A DNA stretch of 63,460 nt from an uncultured Dehalococcoidia bacterium (GCA_964512285.1 CAZEJO010000001.1:45784-109243), one strand, 5' to 3'. Shown: positions 1-9,876, counted from the first letter of the stretch. Notes: generated from the sequence alone by a model not told the origin. Made by a program: numbers and translations.

Positions 1-38
1 AGGGGGGAGTTTCTATACACCCTGGGTGGAGAGCGGCC

Positions 39-611
39 TTGAACGGCGTCGCATCGTCGTTGGTGGCTGCACTGCGGGGGCGCAGCCGACGAGAAGCACG
101 TCGGCGCATGGCTGCTCTCCTCATCGTAGTGGTGACCGTTGTCTTCTCCCTGTTCGTGTGGGGTGTGGAGCCCTTCCAGACTTGGGAGTGGGGCCTCTCT
201 GACCGCCTCTTCCGTGATCAGGACGCCTCGCCCAATATCGTGGTGGCGGGCATCGATGAGGAGACGCTGGCCACGTATGGGCGCCTCGGCGAGTGGCCGC
301 GTTATCTGCACGCCGATGCCCTGGATCACCTGCGGGAGGCTGGCGTCAAGGGCGTGGCAATGGACATCCTCTTCGTCGAAGAGTCGGAGGAGGATGAGGA
401 GCTAGCCCGCGCTATTTCCAGCATGCCTGTCATACTGGCGACAGCGCCTCTTAATCGCCTGGAGTCAGACGGGGCGGCGCCGGCCTTCGAGACCGTTCTG
501 GCTCCGCCGGCGTCTTTGCAGGCGTCCGGTTCCTACCTGGCCCACGCCCACTCCCGTGGCCGACGTCAGGATCGCCAGCCAGGAACTGGTCGACCCGCCC
601 ACGGACATTGA
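39..611 (+). CDS. CHASE2-domain membrane sensor, N-terminal fragment (probably disrupted; see 556..1323)
   Basis: TM helix AALLIVVVTVVFSLFVWGV is followed by CHASE2-like DRLF...NIVVAGIDEETL...GEWPRYLHADALDHL...AMDILF. The domain breaks off after about 170 aa and the tail turns Arg/Gly-rich before the stop. Confidence 0.5.
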   Translation: MNGVASSLVAALRGRSRREARRRMAALLIVVVTVVFSLFVWGVEPFQTWEWGLSDRLFRDQDASPNIVVAGIDEETLATYGRLGEWPRYLHADALDHLREAGVKGVAMDILFVEESEEDEELARAISSMPVILATAPLNRLESDGAAPAFETVLAPPASLQASGSYLAHAHSRGRRQDRQPGTGRPAHGH

Positions 612-1323
612 CGTGAGCGAGGACGTGGTGGTCACGCTGAGGAAGGTTCTCCACAACAGCGGCCCCTACGGTCCCGTCGATGTCAGCATCTCTGCCAGCG
701 CCTCCCCTCCTTCCGACTGCACAGCCATTCCAGGCTACGCCAACCCTAGCTCGGCCAGCCTGCCTGTCAGCGCCAACGTGGTCATCGACGAAACCTGGAT
801 CATTCACTGCGACGCTCGCTCCCAGCACGTCTTCTCCTTCGAAAATGAGATAGCGATCAAGAAGGTTGGGGTGGTCGACCCGAATGAGGGTAACAACCTG
901 GCTTCCACTGAACTGGCTGTTGACGTGTGGGCGCTGGCCGACCTGGGTATACTCGATCAGTATGTGGAGGACCCGCCGTCCGGGATGGTCGTGGGAGTGC
1001 CCGTGGCGATTATGGTGCGAACCGTGATCCACAACGGTGGGCCCTTCGGGCTGGTCGATGCATTCGCGGAGACCGTCGTGAAGCCGCCGCCCGGTTGCTA
1101 TGTCACTGGTGCGAGCCATCTGGAGCGCATCCGCGGTCTGCCGGTGAGCGTGGACGTTATTTTGAAAGCGCCATTCACTATCGGCTGCAATGAACCTGGC
1201 CAGCACACGTTCAGGTTCGACAACGAGATCAGCGTGCATGGCGACATGGTGCACGTGCGTGACCCGGAGGATGGGAACAACAAGTATGACAGCTATCTGA
1301 CGGTGACGGTAGCGGAGCCCTGA
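556..1323 (+). CDS. Protein of two tandem ~120-aa beta-sandwich (CARDB/DUF11-like) repeats; no signal peptide of its own
   Basis: Internal repeat: ADVRIAS..VLHNSGPYGPVDVSI..HVFSFENEIA..DPNEGNN versus ADLGILD..VIHNGGPFGLVDAFA..HTFRFDNEIS..DPEDGNN. It lies in the +1 frame relative to 39..611 and overlaps it by 56 nt. Confidence 0.45.
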   Translation: MADVRIASQELVDPPTDIDVSEDVVVTLRKVLHNSGPYGPVDVSISASASPPSDCTAIPGYANPSSASLPVSANVVIDETWIIHCDARSQHVFSFENEIAIKKVGVVDPNEGNNLASTELAVDVWALADLGILDQYVEDPPSGMVVGVPVAIMVRTVIHNGGPFGLVDAFAETVVKPPPGCYVTGASHLERIRGLPVSVDVILKAPFTIGCNEPGQHTFRFDNEISVHGDMVHVRDPEDGNNKYDSYLTVTVAEP

Positions 1324-1451
1324 AATCCTACAGCTCTTGATGCACGAGGCCGCTCGGCGTTCAGCCGGGCGGTCTGGCGTTTGTGGAGTAGGGGCGCTGC
1401 TGCTCGAATGGGACTAGGTAAGCAGCGGTCTTCTGAGGGCTGCTTGGCTCG

Positions 1452-1943
1452 TTACCAGCCGCCCCAGTGCACCAGCTCCTCCAGCGGGATGCGGGGCGTG
1501 CCTCCGGGCTGGGCCGCCGAAGGCGGCGGGTAGCTGAAAGCGAGAACGATGGAGACCCGGTAGCCCTGGGGAACCCCCAGGACGCGCAGGGCGCAATCGC
1601 CGTCATGCATTGTGATCGGGCACGAGGTGATACCCTCCGCCCAAGCGGCCAGCATCATGTTCTGGGCGCAGCGGCCAGCATCGAACTCACGGCCGCTTTG
1701 CGGTAGCACGATGGCCACCGCGAGCGGCGCCGATGCCATGTGCTGGGCGAACTGGCCGCAGGTCGCGAGTTCATTCTGCTTAGGGGTGTGCTGGAGGACC
1801 ACGAAGCGGCATGGTTGCAGGTTCTTGGCGCTGCCCGCCATTCGCCCGGCCTGGAGGATGCGCTGCAGCGATTGCTCAGGAATGGGTTTGTCCTGATAGA
1901 TCCTGGTGTCTCGTTTGGTACGGATGCAGGTGTACGCGTCCAT
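1452..1943 (-). CDS. Nitroreductase-family flavoprotein
   Basis: 163 aa. Has a nitroreductase-fold N-terminus (IRTKRDTRIYQDKPIPEQSLQRILQAG..SAKNLQPCRFVV) and a C-terminal GYRVSIVLAFSYP segment. Confidence 0.75.
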   Translation of the reverse strand: MDAYTCIRTKRDTRIYQDKPIPEQSLQRILQAGRMAGSAKNLQPCRFVVLQHTPKQNELATCGQFAQHMASAPLAVAIVLPQSGREFDAGRCAQNMMLAAWAEGITSCPITMHDGDCALRVLGVPQGYRVSIVLAFSYPPPSAAQPGGTPRIPLEELVHWGGW

Positions 1944-2168
1944 TGCTCCTCCTTAGGGTTCATCGAAAGTTTACCTCGGGGCGTCGCTCTTGAACACTGC
2001 GGGTGGCGTCTCCAAATGTCGAGATCTTCCTAAGCGCCTATTCTTCACACTACTTAGGTGGTTTTGGTACACTGGGGTTGTCCAGGGGCCACTGGCGGGT
2101 AGACCTTCTGCGTGATAGACTAGGGCTGGCTCTTTGTGATAGATCGTACAAACAGGAGGTAAACCGGT

Positions 2169-4088
2169 ATGACTGAGCCTGTCGTTAAGGAGCCCAAATA
2201 CTGGCCGCGAAAGAGGTACTTGGATGTCTACGATGAGTCTCTTCGCGACATGGAGGGGTTCTGGGCGGAGGAGGCGCGCAAGATTCACTGGTTCCGTACT
2301 TGGGATAAAGTGTTGGAGTGGGATCTGCCCTTCGCTCGCTGGTTCGTGGGGGGCGAGCTTAACGCTAGCTATGTCTGCGTCGACCGCCACATCGAGAACG
2401 GGAGGAAGAATAAGGTAGCCATTTACTGGGAGGGGGAGCCCGGTGACAGCCGCGTCCTGAGCTACGCTACCCTCTATCGAGAGGTCAACCGCTGCGCATC
2501 GGTCCTGAAGAACCTCGGCGTGGGCAAAGGTGATAGGGTAGCGATCTACCTGCCAATGATCCCAGAACTTCCCATCTTCATGCTGGCCTGCGGCCGCATC
2601 GGTGCTATCTTCACCGTAGTGTTCTCGGGCTTCACTGCCCAGTCGCTGGCCGATCGGATCAACGACCTCCAGGCGAAGGTTCTGGTTACGGCCGACGCTG
2701 GCTATCGCCGCGGCTCGCCTGTGCCCCTGAAGCGGACAACGGACGAGGCGATGGACCTTTCGCCCTCCGTCGAGAAAGCGGTGGTGGTAAACAGGGCCGG
2801 CCTCGACGTGGAGATGAAGCCGGGCAGGGATTTCTGGTATCATCACTTGCTCTCCGAGGCGTCGGATCGTGTGGACCCGGAACCGGTGGAGGCCAGCCAT
2901 CCTCTGTATGTCCTCTACACATCGGGCACCACAGGGAAGCCCAAAGGTGTCGTCCACAGCACGGGCGGCTACATGGTATACACCCACTCCACCTTTAAAT
3001 GGGTGTTCGATGCCAAAGAAGACAGCGTATTCTGGTGCACGGCGGACATAGGCTGGGTTACCGGCCACAGCTACATCGTATATGCTCCCCTGGCTTTCGG
3101 CGCCACCAGCGTCATGTACGAGGGCGCGCCCAACTACCCCGATCTGGGTCGCTGGTGGGATATCATCCAGACGTATCGGGTCAACATCCTCTATACCTCA
3201 CCCACGGCCGTTCGCATGTTCATGCAGGCCGGGGAGGAGTGGCTGGCCAAGTACGACCTGAGCAGCTTGGAGCTACTGGGAAGCGTGGGAGAGCCCATCA
3301 ACCCTGAGGCGTGGCTCTGGTACTTCAAGCACATCGGCGGTGAGCGCTGCCCCATCGTGGACACTTGGTGGCAGACGGAGACCGGTGGCATCTTGATATC
3401 CCAGGCGCCGGCCATCGAGCTGCCGCCCGCGAAGCCTGGCTCGGCCAGCTTCCCCCTGCCTGGCATTGTCCCCCAGGTGGTGAACGATAAGGGCGAGCCC
3501 GTGGCACCGGGCGAGCGAGGGCTGCTGATCATCAAGGAGCCGTGGCCCGGGATGCTCATGACCCTCTACGGCGACTCCGAGCGGTACAAGGAGGTGTACT
3601 GGAGTCGCTTCCCCGGCAACTACTTGACCGGCGACTACTCCATCCAGGACGAGGATGGCTATTTCTGGCTCCTCGGCCGGGCGGACGAGGTGATCAAAGT
3701 GGCCGGGCACCGTCTGGGAACGCTGGAGCTGGAGAACGCCGCCGTCGCCTTCCCTCCGATAGCGGAGGCGGCGGCCGTCAGCAAGCCCGACCCGCTGAAG
3801 GGCGAGGCCATCGTCATCTTTGCCATTCTCCGGGAGGGGAACGAGCCTTCGTCTGCGCTCGAGAAGGAAGTCAAAGCCCACATCCGGAATACCGTCGGGC
3901 CGATTGCCGTTCCGGAGCGCGTGTTCTTCGTGGACAAATTGCCCAAGACCCGCAGTGGCAAGATCATGCGGCGACTGCTTAAAGCGGTGGCCACCGAGGC
4001 GGTCATCGGCGATGTCACTACTCTGGAGGACGGGGCCTCTGTAGACGAAGTAAAGGCTGCCTACGAGGCGCTGCGGAAGGAGATCTAG
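2169..4088 (+). CDS. acs: Acetyl-CoA synthetase (acetate--CoA ligase)
   Basis: 639 aa with YTSGTTGKPKGV, WWQTETGG and C-terminal RSGKIMRRLL motifs. SD AGGAGG lies upstream of the ATG. Confidence 0.95.
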   Translation: MTEPVVKEPKYWPRKRYLDVYDESLRDMEGFWAEEARKIHWFRTWDKVLEWDLPFARWFVGGELNASYVCVDRHIENGRKNKVAIYWEGEPGDSRVLSYATLYREVNRCASVLKNLGVGKGDRVAIYLPMIPELPIFMLACGRIGAIFTVVFSGFTAQSLADRINDLQAKVLVTADAGYRRGSPVPLKRTTDEAMDLSPSVEKAVVVNRAGLDVEMKPGRDFWYHHLLSEASDRVDPEPVEASHPLYVLYTSGTTGKPKGVVHSTGGYMVYTHSTFKWVFDAKEDSVFWCTADIGWVTGHSYIVYAPLAFGATSVMYEGAPNYPDLGRWWDIIQTYRVNILYTSPTAVRMFMQAGEEWLAKYDLSSLELLGSVGEPINPEAWLWYFKHIGGERCPIVDTWWQTETGGILISQAPAIELPPAKPGSASFPLPGIVPQVVNDKGEPVAPGERGLLIIKEPWPGMLMTLYGDSERYKEVYWSRFPGNYLTGDYSIQDEDGYFWLLGRADEVIKVAGHRLGTLELENAAVAFPPIAEAAAVSKPDPLKGEAIVIFAILREGNEPSSALEKEVKAHIRNTVGPIAVPERVFFVDKLPKTRSGKIMRRLLKAVATEAVIGDVTTLEDGASVDEVKAAYEALRKEI

Positions 4089-4130
4089 CTGCCCGCGCAG
4101 TCAGCGGGATCAAGTCTAGGGAGGTATGAG

Positions 4131-5702
4131 ATGACGATCACTGGCCCGTGGCCCAGCCAGGCGCCCTATCCCAAGCGACACCTTTCCGACTGCCTGCGAG
4201 AGGGCGCTGAGCAACAACCGGATAAGACGGCTCTCATCGGCCCCGACGAGCGGTTCTACAGCTTCGGGGAGGTCTGGGATGCTTCTCGTCGCATGGCGCG
4301 AGTGCTGCAGGAGAAGGCCGGCGTACGCAAGGGAGAAGTGGTGGCCATCTACGCGGCCAACTGCCCGGAGTACGTGGTGGCTGTGCACGGCATCCTGCTG
4401 GCCGGCGGCGTGGTCACGCCGGTGAACCCGCTCTTGAGAGAGCGGGAGCTGGTACACCAGCTCAGCGATTCCGGCGCGGTCGCCTTGTTCTGCATGCCCG
4501 GGATTTGCGCCATGGTGGACATGGTGAGGAACGAATTGCCAGCGCTGCGCTGCACCTTGCCCATCTTAGAGACCTGGGATATGGCGGCAGAGGTGGGTGG
4601 CGACGCCGAACCCGTGGCCATCGACCCGGAGAAGGACCTGGCTGTCCTTCCCTACTCCAGCGGCACCACCGGCCTGCCCAAGGGCGTCATGCTCACCCAC
4701 CGCAACCTTTGCAGTAACGTCCGTCAGGTCCTCGCCACTGACCTGGCGAAGCCGAACGCCGTTAGCCTGGACTTCCTCCCCTTCTATCACATCTTAGGGC
4801 TCATACCAGTGATGACCGTGGGTCTGGCCAATGCCGCAGCTCAGGTCATCATCCCCGAGTTCGACGCGCACCTGGTTCTCTACCTGATCCACAAGTACAG
4901 CGTCACCGACCTGTTTGTCGTGCCGCCCGCCTTGCGCAGCCTGATCGACCTGAGGGAGCAAGGCCAGAAGTACGACACCTCCTCGCTGCGCCTCATGATC
5001 TGCGGTGCGGCTCCCCTCCCACCTCGTACCGCCGAAGCGGCCCGGCGTTTGTTTATGTGCCCCGTCATCCAGGGCTATGGCCTCACCGAGGCCAGCCCTA
5101 CCACCAACGTGAACCCCCTGAGCCGACCGAAGCTCGACTCGGTGGGACCGCCCGTCAGCGACACGACGGAGAAGGTGGTGAGCACGGAGACAGGCAAAGA
5201 GCTGGCCGCCGGCGAGGCTGGCGAGTTGTTCATCCAGGGGCCCCAGGTTATGCAGGGTTATCGGAACCAGCCTGAGGCCACCGCCGAAGCTCTCACCGCC
5301 GACGGCTGGCTGCGGACTGGTGACATCTGCCGTTTCGACGAGGACGGTTACGTGTATGTGCTGGACCGCAAGAAAGACACCATAAACTACAAGGGCTTTA
5401 AGGTCGCCCCTGCCGAAGTGGAGGCTGTCCTTCGTCAGCACCCCTCCGTCATGGACGCTGCCGTCATCCCCAAGAGCGATGTCATCGCCGGGGAGGTCCC
5501 CAAGGCCTATGTGGTCGCCCGGCCGGGCCAGCGTCCCACCACTAGGGACATCATACAGTTCGTAGAGGATCGGGTGGCGCCCCACAAGCGGATCAGGGAG
5601 GTGGAGTTCGTGTGGGAGATACCCAAGACAACCACTGGGGAGATCCTGCGGCGCGAACTCATCGAGCGGGAGCGGGCTCAGAGTCGAGAGTCGACCGATT
5701 GA
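4131..5702 (+). CDS. AMP-dependent acyl-CoA ligase (ANL family, long-chain/4-coumarate-CoA-ligase-like)
   Basis: 523 aa with YSSGTTGLPKGV, QGYGLTE, TGDICRFDEDGY and KTTTGEILRR motifs. Confidence 0.9.
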   Translation: MTITGPWPSQAPYPKRHLSDCLREGAEQQPDKTALIGPDERFYSFGEVWDASRRMARVLQEKAGVRKGEVVAIYAANCPEYVVAVHGILLAGGVVTPVNPLLRERELVHQLSDSGAVALFCMPGICAMVDMVRNELPALRCTLPILETWDMAAEVGGDAEPVAIDPEKDLAVLPYSSGTTGLPKGVMLTHRNLCSNVRQVLATDLAKPNAVSLDFLPFYHILGLIPVMTVGLANAAAQVIIPEFDAHLVLYLIHKYSVTDLFVVPPALRSLIDLREQGQKYDTSSLRLMICGAAPLPPRTAEAARRLFMCPVIQGYGLTEASPTTNVNPLSRPKLDSVGPPVSDTTEKVVSTETGKELAAGEAGELFIQGPQVMQGYRNQPEATAEALTADGWLRTGDICRFDEDGYVYVLDRKKDTINYKGFKVAPAEVEAVLRQHPSVMDAAVIPKSDVIAGEVPKAYVVARPGQRPTTRDIIQFVEDRVAPHKRIREVEFVWEIPKTTTGEILRRELIERERAQSRESTD

Positions 5703-5795
5703 CCTGAGCTTGGGGGATGCCTGGCGATGTCTCGCGGCGAGGACCGTGAGCGAGGCATGGATTCTCCTGGTGGCCCTGGGCGGTAAGTCGGGAAG

Positions 5796-6539
5796 ATGGT
5801 GGAGGTTGCGGCCCGCTACTATATGACGCGGAGCAGACTCGAGCGCTGGCTGACCGAGCTGGAGCAGCCGGAGGGCGAAAGCATCGCTCTGTACGTCAGG
5901 CCGGGCCAGTTGCCCTCTTATCTAGAATCGATAGGGCGCGAGTGTGGCAACTGGCTGCACGAGATGGAGGGGCTTCCAGCTAGCCTTGCTGAGTCCGAAA
6001 CAGGCCTTGTCCTATTCTGGAGCGACGAGCACAAGTACGTGCTCCTGCCGCCTTTCCCCGTAGACCAGAGCCAGTCCTTTCCAGCCTGGGATACCTCCTA
6101 TCTAAAAGCGCTGCTGGACAAGAAATACCTGCTGGGGGTCGTGCTTCTGAGGCTGGGAGGGTACTCCGTCGGCGTCTTCGAGGGCGACCGGCTGCTGACG
6201 TCGAAGACGGGCACCAGGTTCGTGAAGGCCAGGCACAAGGCTGGCGGTCGGTCCCAGAAGCGCTTCGCCCGACGAAGGGAAGAGCAGGCTCGATGGCTAT
6301 TCGACAAGGCCTGCTCGGTGGTGGCAACGCAGTTTGCCGCCTACGAAGAGCGACTCGACTACGTCTTTCTGGGCGGCGACAGGCTAACCCTCCACTCCTT
6401 CCTCAAGCGGTGCGAATACCTGCAGGGGCTTGCCGACAAGACGCTGGCCAGAGTTATAAGCGTGGCCAAGCCCAGGTACGAGGCCCTGCAAAACGCTCCC
6501 TCGCTGATCTGGAAGACGCGGGTGTTCGTGGTGCGGTAG
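5796..6539 (+). CDS. acVLRF1-type (Vms1/ANKZF1-like) peptidyl-tRNA hydrolase homologue
   Basis: 247 aa. Loop RHKAGGRSQKRFARRREEQ carries a GxxQ motif (Gln154 = nt 6255-6257) followed by a basic helix, as in the VLRF1 domain. Confidence 0.7.
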   Translation: MVEVAARYYMTRSRLERWLTELEQPEGESIALYVRPGQLPSYLESIGRECGNWLHEMEGLPASLAESETGLVLFWSDEHKYVLLPPFPVDQSQSFPAWDTSYLKALLDKKYLLGVVLLRLGGYSVGVFEGDRLLTSKTGTRFVKARHKAGGRSQKRFARRREEQARWLFDKACSVVATQFAAYEERLDYVFLGGDRLTLHSFLKRCEYLQGLADKTLARVISVAKPRYEALQNAPSLIWKTRVFVVR

Positions 6540-6592
6540 GTTGGGCAAGCCAGCTTTGCCCTTGGAGGGGCTTCGACTCCCTCTGGATAGCC

Positions 6593-7486
6593 TTATGGCA
6601 GCGAACCCTCACCCAGAGCGATGACCCGTAGCGAGATCGGCAGAGCGCCCGAATTGAGTTGGATGGCCATGATGCGTGCTTCCTCCTCGGGAATGCCCTG
6701 AATCACGGCATCGCCGCCCGCGATCACGGACCTGACCGTGGGCGCGGAAATGATCTCCTCGTCCAGAAAGATGGCCATAGGCATGCCAATCAACCGGCCG
6801 GTGATCTGCTCGAAGAGTTGGCTGCCCTCAGAGTTGAAGTGGATAGCGAGAACCGGCTGGCCACCGGCACCCATCGTCTCCACGCTGGCGTTGGGTTTGA
6901 GGAAAGACCCCGTCAGGGCTTTCTCTTTGCTATCGCTGCCGATTCCGGTCGCTGGCACCCACATGACATTACCCGTGGGCTGGGTCTGGCCAGTAGGCAC
7001 GCAGCGCCAGCCGTGCCCCTCGCTGGCTGGCATCAGGTTGGAGGGCCTGGCTTCATCGCCCGTTCCGACGAGGTCTGACGGCACGCTGAAGGACTCACCG
7101 GCGTCACTCTTGCAGACGAACGGCGAGGCCGGGTCGCTCTGGTTCTCCCGCTGTGGTTCCTTGAACTCCAGCTCGGCGGCGCGGCCGATAAGGTTGCCAG
7201 CTTCCTCAGGCGCTATGCCCGACAGCTCGAGAGCCAGTCGGTTTGTGCCTTGCCGTTGGATGTCCAACACCATGGCCCCGAACGCTTCGGCGCGCTGCTC
7301 GGTGATCCTCTCCACCTCCGCCATGGCGTCGTCAACGGCTACTCCTGGTGCCACAGAGCTGGTGTCAGCCTCCAAGATGACATAGGTCTTCGGCGGAGGT
7401 GTCTCCCCGCCACCGCAACTGCTGAGTAGCATGGGCCAGACAGCCAAGGCCAGCAGTCCAAGGGCAGCAGTACGTAGCGTGTTCAT
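6593..7486 (-). CDS. Lipoprotein consisting of a SecD periplasmic P1-like domain (no membrane domain)
   Basis: Lipobox LLSSC|GGG. ALELSGIAPEEAGNLIGRAAELEFKEP and GMPMAIFLDEEIISAPTVRSVIAGGDAVIQGIPEEEARIMAIQLNSGALP resemble SecD P1 head/base segments. Confidence 0.6.
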   Translation of the reverse strand: MNTLRTAALGLLALAVWPMLLSSCGGGETPPPKTYVILEADTSSVAPGVAVDDAMAEVERITEQRAEAFGAMVLDIQRQGTNRLALELSGIAPEEAGNLIGRAAELEFKEPQRENQSDPASPFVCKSDAGESFSVPSDLVGTGDEARPSNLMPASEGHGWRCVPTGQTQPTGNVMWVPATGIGSDSKEKALTGSFLKPNASVETMGAGGQPVLAIHFNSEGSQLFEQITGRLIGMPMAIFLDEEIISAPTVRSVIAGGDAVIQGIPEEEARIMAIQLNSGALPISLRVIALGEGSLP

Positions 7487-7564
7487 GTTGGCCTTATGCT
7501 ACTCGCAGGCGTGAGGGTTGGCAAGGGGAAAAGCAGGCGACGTCTAAGAGGATGCGCTGAGCCG

Positions 7565-9874
7565 CTACCCGCCGAGCCCCGCGAACGCCGCCTCCGCCGC
7601 CTCGACGGTACGTTCGATGTCCTGCTCGCTGTGCGCCAGCGAGAGGAAGCCCGCCTCGAACTGCGAGGGCGCCAGGTAGACGCCGTTCGCCAGCATCGCC
7701 CGGAAGAAGCGCGCGTATTTATTACTGTCGGACCTCTTCGCTGAGGCGTGGTCGACGACCCGCTCGGCGCTGAAGAAGGTGCAGAACATGGAGCCAACGC
7801 GTGTCTGAAAGACGGCGGTTCTGGCAGCCTCGGCCGCCGCGCGGAGGCCATCCGCTAGGCGGGCCGACCTCTCCTCCAGGCGCTGGTAGACCCCGGGCTC
7901 GGCGAGCAGCTTGAGGGTCTCGATGCCGGCGGTCATGCAGAGGGGATTGCCGGAGAGGGTGCCCGCCTGATACACGGGGCCCAGGGGTGCCACCATCTCC
8001 ATGATCTCCCTGCGGCCACCATAGGCTCCAACCGGCAGGCCCCCGCCGACGACCTTGCCCAGGCAGGTCAAGTCGGGCGTCACGCCGTACAGGGATTGGG
8101 CGCCACCGTAGGCCAGCCGGAAGCCGGTGATCACCTCGTCGAAGATGAGCAGCGCGCCCTCTGCCTTGGTCACCTCTCGCAGCCCTTCTAGGAAGCCGGG
8201 CTCGGGCGGTATCACGCCCATGTTGCCCGCCACGGGCTCGACGATCACGGCGGCGATCTCACCGCGATTCTCGCTGAACAGCCTGTCGACTGCTTGCAGG
8301 TCGTTGTAGGGGGCTACCAGCGTGTCCTGGGCCATGCCCTGTGGCACGCCGGCGCTGTCGGGTAGGCCAAGGGTGGTCACTCCGGAGCCCGCGCGGACGA
8401 GGAGGAAGTCGGCGTGTCCGTGGTAGCAGCCCTCGAACTTGATGATCTTGCTCCTGCCTGTGAAGGCGCGGGCCAGGCGCAGGGCGCTCATCGTGGCCTC
8501 GGTGCCCGAGCTGACGAAGCGCACCATCTCGATGGAGGGCACTGCCTCCACCACTTGTTTGGCCAGCTCGGTCTCCAGCGCGGTGGGGGCGCCGTAGCTG
8601 ATCCCTCGCTCCGCGGCCTCTTTTAGAGCGCCTATCACCTGCGGATGGGCGTGCCCCAGGATCAGGGGGCCCCAGGAGAGCACGTAGTCGATGTAGCGCC
8701 GGCCGTCCGCGTCGTAGATACAGGAGCCCTCCCCCTTGGCGATGAACAGCGGCTCTCCTCCCACGGCACGGAAAGCGCGGACGGGGCTGTTGACGCCGCC
8801 GGGCATATACCTTTGGGCCTCGGCGTGAAGGCTCTGCGACCTGCTCGTCGTGACCTCTTCGGCTGGGACGAAGTACTTGGGTCGCGTCTTCTTGTACTCC
8901 TTGGTGCTGAACAGGATGACGTAGTCGTTGACACCGGTCTCCTGAGAGATCTGTTGAGCGAGGGCCCGGCAGGCATCCTTGCTTCTGGCGTGGATCATCG
9001 TGAAGAGGCTGTAAGGCCAGTCGGGGTAGGTGCGGCGCTGGTAGCAGTGGCTGACCTGGGGCAGGGAGGCGGCGAACGTCGCCAGCCTCTCGATGCTGCC
9101 GTCCGGCACCCGCCAGGCGACCATGCCATTGGCGACATAACCTGCCTCACGGTGGTGGAGGATGGCGGCGAAGCGACGCAGCCAGCCTGCGGCCTTAGCC
9201 TCTTGCAGCCAGGCGAGAACTTCCTCCTGGCTCACCCCCAGGCGATCGGCCATGCCCGCGAATGGCTCAGAGACGATTTCGATATCCTCCTGGAGTTCGC
9301 GGATGAAGGCGGCATCACGGCTGGTGGGGGCACTGGTGGGACGGCTGGCTTGAGGGCTATCGAGAGGTGCAATGTCGCCGGCAGCCTCCATATCCAGTTG
9401 CATGCCGATCTTGAAGACCCGCAGCGCTGGAAATAGGCGATAAGGATAGCCCCCTGCCTCGTCAACCAGCGCCTCGGCGGTGGCTTGCAGATCGTCTTGT
9501 GGAGCCACGGCCAGGGTGAACCAGAGGTTCCAGGTGTGGTCGCGCTGGTAGTTGTGGCTGACTCCTGGATGGCGGTTGATCGCGGCCGCTGGTCGATCGA
9601 CGTCGTTCTGGGGGGCCTGCATGGCCACCAGGGTACTCTTGTAGCCCAGGGCGGTCGTGTCGAAGATGGCGCTGATCTGGCGGATGAGCCGTCCCTTGTC
9701 GGCGCTCTTCAGGCGTCGCACGCGGGCTAGCACCTCTTCCTCCGACAGCCCGAGCCTCTCCCCGATCGCTGCGAAGGGCTGCGTGGTTGGAGGGAAATCG
9801 CGCTGCAAGATGTCCAGCAGTCGGCGATCGACGGTGTCTAGCTGTTCAGCGGTCGTCTCTTTGGCCTTTGCCAT
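7565..9874 (-). CDS. ahbAB-hemL: Triple fusion: siroheme decarboxylase AhbA-like + AhbB-like (two AsnC/Lrp-type NirD/L/G/H units) + glutamate-1-semialdehyde 2,1-aminomutase (HemL)
   Basis: The start was moved to ATG 9874 (MAKAKETT), 2 nt after the upstream stop. The N-terminal ~345 aa hold two repeats ([20 protein letters not shown]; [20 protein letters not shown]). The C-terminal ~430 aa is HemL ([29 protein letters not shown]). Confidence 0.85.
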   Translation of the reverse strand: MAKAKETTAEQLDTVDRRLLDILQRDFPPTTQPFAAIGERLGLSEEEVLARVRRLKSADKGRLIRQISAIFDTTALGYKSTLVAMQAPQNDVDRPAAAINRHPGVSHNYQRDHTWNLWFTLAVAPQDDLQATAEALVDEAGGYPYRLFPALRVFKIGMQLDMEAAGDIAPLDSPQASRPTSAPTSRDAAFIRELQEDIEIVSEPFAGMADRLGVSQEEVLAWLQEAKAAGWLRRFAAILHHREAGYVANGMVAWRVPDGSIERLATFAASLPQVSHCYQRRTYPDWPYSLFTMIHARSKDACRALAQQISQETGVNDYVILFSTKEYKKTRPKYFVPAEEVTTSRSQSLHAEAQRYMPGGVNSPVRAFRAVGGEPLFIAKGEGSCIYDADGRRYIDYVLSWGPLILGHAHPQVIGALKEAAERGISYGAPTALETELAKQVVEAVPSIEMVRFVSSGTEATMSALRLARAFTGRSKIIKFEGCYHGHADFLLVRAGSGVTTLGLPDSAGVPQGMAQDTLVAPYNDLQAVDRLFSENRGEIAAVIVEPVAGNMGVIPPEPGFLEGLREVTKAEGALLIFDEVITGFRLAYGGAQSLYGVTPDLTCLGKVVGGGLPVGAYGGRREIMEMVAPLGPVYQAGTLSGNPLCMTAGIETLKLLAEPGVYQRLEERSARLADGLRAAAEAARTAVFQTRVGSMFCTFFSAERVVDHASAKRSDSNKYARFFRAMLANGVYLAPSQFEAGFLSLAHSEQDIERTVEAAEAAFAGLGG

Positions 9875-9876
9875 CG

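Noticed and set aside
2112-2144. Direct repeat GTGATAGA-N16-GTGATAGA upstream of acs as an operator
   Set aside because: There are only two 8-9-nt copies, and neither a convincing -35/-10 context nor a palindrome. This is too weak to call without comparative data.
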